A DNA stretch of 64,000 nucleotides from a bacterium. GTDB taxonomy: Bacteria > UBA8248. The notes below the pieces were generated by a model, which saw only the letters and a list, made by a program, of their open reading frames with translations, did no database searches and was not told where the DNA came from. The stretch spans positions 160,001-224,000 of the forward strand of contig CBDBZY010000044.1 in assembly GCA_965213685.1 (NCBI GenBank), in the 5' to 3' direction. A program made the position numbers and the translations under genes. Below are positions 59,777 to 64,000 of the stretch, in pieces. The number at the start of each line of letters is the position of its first letter. Within the stretch, counting starts at the first letter, position 1.

Positions 59777-60760
59777 ATGGCTGATTGCACCCTCCTTGCC
59801 GTGGGGGACATGGAAATTGATCGTCCCGATCCGGCGCGCGCCTTCTCGAAGGTCGCCTCGTTTCTGGAGGCAGCCGACCTGCGCTTCGGCGGGCTGGAGG
59901 CGTCCATGTCCCGTCTGGGGGAGCCCGCGAGCGGGAAGATCGTGATGCGTCATCCGCCGGAGATGATACGGGGGTATCTCGCGGGGGGCTTCGACGTGCT
60001 GGCGTTCGCCAGCAACCATTGCATGGACTACGGGGTCGAGCCGTTCGTCGAGACGATGGCGCTGCTCGAGCGAAACGGCATCGCGTACGCGGGTGCGGGC
60101 CGGAATATCGAGGAGGCGCGCAGGCCCGCCGTCGTCGAGTGCCGCGGCGTGCGATGCGGGTTTTTGTCCTATGTGCTGGAACTGCCGCTGGGCTGGGGCG
60201 CAGGCCCCGCCAGGCCGGGCGTCGCACCCGTCCGGCAGGACGCACTCTACGGCCCCCCCTACCTCAACGAAGAGGACGTGGAGGCGATGGCCGCCGACGT
60301 CCGGCGGGCGCGCGCGGGGGTCGATTTTCTCCTGGCGTCGTTCCACTGGGGGGCGAGCCAGAGCCGCACGCTCACCCTCTCGCAGCGGGCCGTCGCGCAC
60401 AGGGCCGTCGAATCGGGGGCGGACGTCGTCGTCGGGCACCATCCCCACATTCTGCAGGGCGTCGAGGTGTATCGCGGCCGGCCCGTTTTTTACGCGCTGG
60501 GCAATTTTGTTCTCGACCACGATCATCCGATGTTCCTGCCCACCGCGCGCGAGTCGATCGTCGTGAGAATCGCCCTCCGGGACGGGAGACTTCGCCGGGC
60601 CTCGTTCTCCCCCGTGCGGATCGGGGAGGACGGCGATCCCCGGATTCTCGCCGGGGAGGAGCCCGAAGCGGATGAAATCCTGACCACCCTCGCATCGCTC
60701 TCCGCGAAACTGGGGACGCGGCTGCAAATCTCCCGCGGCGAGGGGGCGGTGCCGCTGTGA
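59777..60760 (+). CDS. CapA family metallophosphoesterase
   Basis: AVGD, ASNHCMDYG, FHWG, GHHPH.LQG.E, YALGNF. Confidence 0.88.
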   Translation: MADCTLLAVGDMEIDRPDPARAFSKVASFLEAADLRFGGLEASMSRLGEPASGKIVMRHPPEMIRGYLAGGFDVLAFASNHCMDYGVEPFVETMALLERNGIAYAGAGRNIEEARRPAVVECRGVRCGFLSYVLELPLGWGAGPARPGVAPVRQDALYGPPYLNEEDVEAMAADVRRARAGVDFLLASFHWGASQSRTLTLSQRAVAHRAVESGADVVVGHHPHILQGVEVYRGRPVFYALGNFVLDHDHPMFLPTARESIVVRIALRDGRLRRASFSPVRIGEDGDPRILAGEEPEADEILTTLASLSAKLGTRLQISRGEGAVPL

Positions 60761-60806
60761 GGGGGAGTCCGGCGCCTCGCGCCGGGCGCTGAACGGAGAG
60801 GTCGTC

Positions 60807-61550
60807 ATGGAGTTGCAAGGGAAAGTTCTCGTGATCACGGGCGCCGCGCGGGGAATCGGGGCGGAGGCCGCCCTCCGCTTCGCGGGCATGGGCGCGCGCG
60901 TGGCGGCGGTGGACGTGCGGGAGGATGCGCTGCGGCGGCTGGAGCGGAAATCCCCGGGCGCCATCCTCGGCGTGGCGGGGGATATTTCCAGCGAGCGGGG
61001 CGTGGAAGACGCCTTTGACGCGGCGGCGGGCGAATTTGGCGGCGTGGACATCCTGATCCACTGCGCCGTGATTCGCGGCAACGGCCCTCTGGCGGAAGTG
61101 GAGGAGGCCGTGATCGATCTGGCGCTGGCCGTGGGGCTGAAGGGCAACATCCTGTGCGCGCGGCGCGCGGCGCGGGAGATGGAGAAGCGGGGCGGCGGCG
61201 CCATCGTCAACATGTCGAGCTTCTACGCCCGCACGCCGGCCAAGGGGCGCGTCGTGTATGTGGCCGTAAAGGGGGGCGTCGAGGGTCTCACCCGCGCACT
61301 GGCCGTCGAGCTGGCGGACTCCGGCGTGCGCGTCAACGCCATAGCGGCGGGCCCGGTTCTGACGAAGCTCCGCCGGGAGCAGGGAGAGGGCGAACCCGGC
61401 GCCCTGGCGGAGCGCTACCGGAAATCCCCGATGGGGAGGTTCGGCCGGGTGGAGGAGGTGCTGGACGCCATGCTGTATTTGATGACGCCCCGCTCCTCCT
61501 ACATGACGGGCCAGGTTCTGGTGCTCGATGGAGGTTTGACCATCGTGTGA
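60807..61550 (+). CDS. SDR oxidoreductase
   Basis: TGAARGIG, YVAVK, TGQVL.LDGG. Confidence 0.9.
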   Translation: MELQGKVLVITGAARGIGAEAALRFAGMGARVAAVDVREDALRRLERKSPGAILGVAGDISSERGVEDAFDAAAGEFGGVDILIHCAVIRGNGPLAEVEEAVIDLALAVGLKGNILCARRAAREMEKRGGGAIVNMSSFYARTPAKGRVVYVAVKGGVEGLTRALAVELADSGVRVNAIAAGPVLTKLRREQGEGEPGALAERYRKSPMGRFGRVEEVLDAMLYLMTPRSSYMTGQVLVLDGGLTIV

Positions 61551-61587
61551 CTTGCCGGCGCGCCCGCCGCACCGGGGAGCGGGCGGG

Positions 61588-62016
61588 TCAGCACCACTTC
61601 CTGCGGCGTCCGCGCGTGTAGGGCCGGCCGTGGCCGGTGCTGATCAGCAGGCGGGTGAGGTCGCGCCCGTCGGGCAGTTGCACCGTCGCCAGGACGCGGC
61701 CGCCGTATTTGTCGTCCTTCACCTGGAGGAGGCAGACCCTCCTGCCTCTGCCGATGATCAGGCGGACGTAATCGCGCGCCGCCTTGCCCCGCTTGCGCTC
61801 CTGTGCGCATTTCGCTCTGCGGATTTCGGGCGTGTCCACCCCCCGTATCCGGGCGTTGGTGGTTACCTCGATGCGCACCCATATTCTGGCCCGCACCTTG
61901 ATCGTGTCGCCGTCGATCACTTTCAGCACCCGCGCCGGAATGCCCCGCTCACAAGTCGCCGCCGGCGGCGGAGCGCACGCCAGCCCGAAGATGAGAATAA
62001 TGAGAATGCGATGCAA
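61588..62016 (-). CDS. Secreted thermonuclease (SNase-like)
   Basis: Signal peptide, VIDGDT, RI.GVDTPE, DKYGGR.LA. Confidence 0.88.
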   Translation of the reverse strand: MHRILIILIFGLACAPPPAATCERGIPARVLKVIDGDTIKVRARIWVRIEVTTNARIRGVDTPEIRRAKCAQERKRGKAARDYVRLIIGRGRRVCLLQVKDDKYGGRVLATVQLPDGRDLTRLLISTGHGRPYTRGRRRKWC

Positions 62017-62256
62017 TGCCGAATCCCCGCCGAGTCAAGTAACCTGGGAGAGGGTTTTTTCCCCGTGTTTTATGTTTCCCGGGATGGCGTGGCAACGAAG
62101 GGGGGAGGCCGCCTTGGCGCGCGCGACGGTTCGCGCTCCCGATGCGGGAGCAAACGGGAATCCGCCGGTTGGCGCGTCGGGGGGAAGGATTCCTGCGTGG
62201 ATGGATGGCGGCGGGCTGGTTTCATCTCTGTCTCTCCTTTTCGGCGTAGGGATAGC

Positions 62257-62353
62257 TGGCGGGAGCGCGTGGGAGTCGAACCCACCGACGAAGTGGTTAG
62301 CCCCGTCCACTGGATTTGAAGTCCAGGCGGCACACCAGCACCGATGCGCTCCC
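62257..62353 (-). tRNA. selC: tRNA-Sec (UCA)
   Basis: Reverse complement: 8-bp acceptor GGGAGCGC/GCGCTCCC, CTGGA-CTTCAAA-TCCAG anticodon arm, long variable arm, GTTCGACT T-loop, GCCA end. Confidence 0.95.
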
Positions 62354-62526
62354 GGAGGCATCATACAACGGCGCGGGCTGGTTCCGAAAGCTGCGGCTCA
62401 CAGGTTTCGGCCCCCTTTTGCGAGGCACCCGAGGGGATCGGGGCGGCTTGTCCCGGGGGGCGGGGGCGTTCTACAAGGGAGCGAGACAAGGGGGCGAGGC
62501 GCATCGCGATCAAGAGGAGAAAAGGG

Positions 62527-63429
62527 ATGTCCCGACGTGTGGGTATCGTGGGCATGGGACTGATGGGCCAGGCGTTCATCCGGAACATGCGCGAGACGGG
62601 TTTTGAGGTGCAGGGCTTTGATGTGGACGCCGCGCGCATGGATGATTTGCGCGAGAAGGGCGGCGAGCCGGTGGAAACGCCCGCCGCCGCGGCCAGCGGG
62701 GTGAACTTCTTGGTGACCTCCCTTCCCGACAGCGGGGTGGTGCGCGAGGCGGTCTTCGGGGCGGGCGGCATCGCCGAGGGGGCGAAGGAGGGGCTGTACC
62801 ACCTCGACACCACGACCGCGCGCCCGGAGGATTCGGTTCGTCTCTCGGAGGAGTTGGCGGAGAGGGGAATCCGCTTTCTCGACGCCGCCGTGAGCGGGAC
62901 GAGCGCGATGGCGGTCGAGAAGGACTTGGTCGTCGTCGCGGGCGGCGGAGCGGAGGATTTCGACGCCTGCCGCGCCGTTTTCTCGGGCTTCAGCCGCGCC
63001 GCCTACTACATGGGCCCCGTGGGTTCGGGTGCGCGGACGAAGCTGGTCATCAACATGATTCTGGCGGGCAACCGCCTCGCCCTGGCGGAGGGGCTGCTGC
63101 TCGGCTCGAAGGTGGGCCTCGAGATGGACACCCTCCTGGAGGTGCTGCAGGACGGGGCGTGCTATTCCAAGACGATGGTCGACAAGGGGCCCAAGATGGT
63201 GCACGCGGACTACGCGAAGCAGGGGCAGGTGAAGACGTCCCTCAAGGACTCGCGCCTGATGATAGAGCAGGGCCGGCGCCACGGCTCTCCCATGCTGCTG
63301 ACGAATCTCTGGTCGCAGGTCGCGCAGATGGCGTACGAGAGGGGCTACGGGGAGGAGGACACAGTCGCCTTCTACGAGGTTCTGCGCGAGATGGCCGGCC
63401 TGCCCTCGAGAATAGATGCGCGGCCGTGA
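62527..63429 (+). CDS. Beta-hydroxyacid (3-hydroxyisobutyrate-type) dehydrogenase
   Basis: VGMGLMG, DAAVSG, GSGARTKL..N, KD. Confidence 0.88.
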   Translation: MSRRVGIVGMGLMGQAFIRNMRETGFEVQGFDVDAARMDDLREKGGEPVETPAAAASGVNFLVTSLPDSGVVREAVFGAGGIAEGAKEGLYHLDTTTARPEDSVRLSEELAERGIRFLDAAVSGTSAMAVEKDLVVVAGGGAEDFDACRAVFSGFSRAAYYMGPVGSGARTKLVINMILAGNRLALAEGLLLGSKVGLEMDTLLEVLQDGACYSKTMVDKGPKMVHADYAKQGQVKTSLKDSRLMIEQGRRHGSPMLLTNLWSQVAQMAYERGYGEEDTVAFYEVLREMAGLPSRIDARP

Positions 63430-63541
63430 GAGGGGCGGTCGCGACGGGGAGGAGATTCATCTCGTTGGGCGGAGAATAAATGATGATATAAATTAGAATA
63501 CAAAGAGAATGACCATCTTCCGCCTATCCCGAAGCGCGTGA

Positions 63542-64000
63542 AACGGAGAAATTCTCGGGGCGAGCCATGCGCCGTTTTCGCACGCGAGCGAAGATAGATT
63601 TCCGTTGAAGCCCAATGCAAAAGATGCGCATTACGGGCACGAAGATTACTCGGCGGAAATCGTGCGCCACGTCCTCAAAGACGTGATCGAAGGCCATCCC
63701 GCCAACGGAAATTACGGATTTACCGCCGATGACGTAGTTGCGCTTATAGAGGGTAGCGAAAACCCCCGAGGTGCGTTGTTCTGGCGCGAGCTCATACAAG
63801 GCCCGATAGATGCGGATCGGATGGATTATCTCCTGCGGGATTCTCACCACGCGGGGGTCGATTATGGCCGTTTCGATTGGCACCGTCTCGCGCAGACGGT
63901 TCAGGCCGTTCCGGGCGTGAACGGCGGGAGCCCGACTCTCGGGGTTTCCGAAGGCGGATTTCACGCGGCCGAAAGCTTGATTCTGGCGCGCTATTTCATG
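63542..64000 (+). pseudogene. Second HD-domain dNTPase-like gene, N-terminally truncated, continues beyond the window
   Basis: Manual translation ...SHAPFSHASE...GHEDYS...IDADRMDYLLRDSHHAGVDYGRFD...ARYFM; in-frame TGA at 63539 and no HD motif upstream. Confidence 0.8.

Noticed and set aside
63539-63541. In-frame TGA before the HD remnant as a second Sec codon
   Set aside because: Flanking residues do not resemble the HD family, no Cys is expected there, and no clear SECIS hairpin follows

Overview
GC-rich bacterial chromosomal window, mostly catabolic and transport genes: acyl-CoA dehydrogenases, SDRs, M24 peptidases, branched-chain and peptide ABC transporters, a xanthine-dehydrogenase-type Mo subunit and malQ, plus tRNA-Phe and tRNA-Sec. 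Main points of interest: (1) an OsmC-like selenoprotein that the ORF track splits at an in-frame UGA, with a bacterial SECIS-like hairpin and tRNA-Sec in the same window; (2) two inverted solitary beta-class DNA methyltransferase/Mrr-like fusion genes, each with a 5' simple-sequence repeat (C25, in frame; 8-mer x5, out of frame) and shared nucleotide homology flanking divergent target-recognition segments, suggesting phase variation and possibly TRD shuffling; (3) further poly-G tracts in sugar-epimerase genes; (4) a complete Zorya type II locus whose ZorA tail carries a recent 381-nt-period duplication; (5) a ligand-binding protein/TorS-like kinase/REC-PP2C/anti-sigma/STAS partner-switch module; (6) two 5'-truncated HD dNTPase remnants, one with an intact YwgA/Panacea-like partner. 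Many single-base frameshifts (dense at 51.8-56.7 kb) look like long-read assembly errors, so tract lengths and ON/OFF states need read-level confirmation. All calls come from motif recognition only; no database searches were run.
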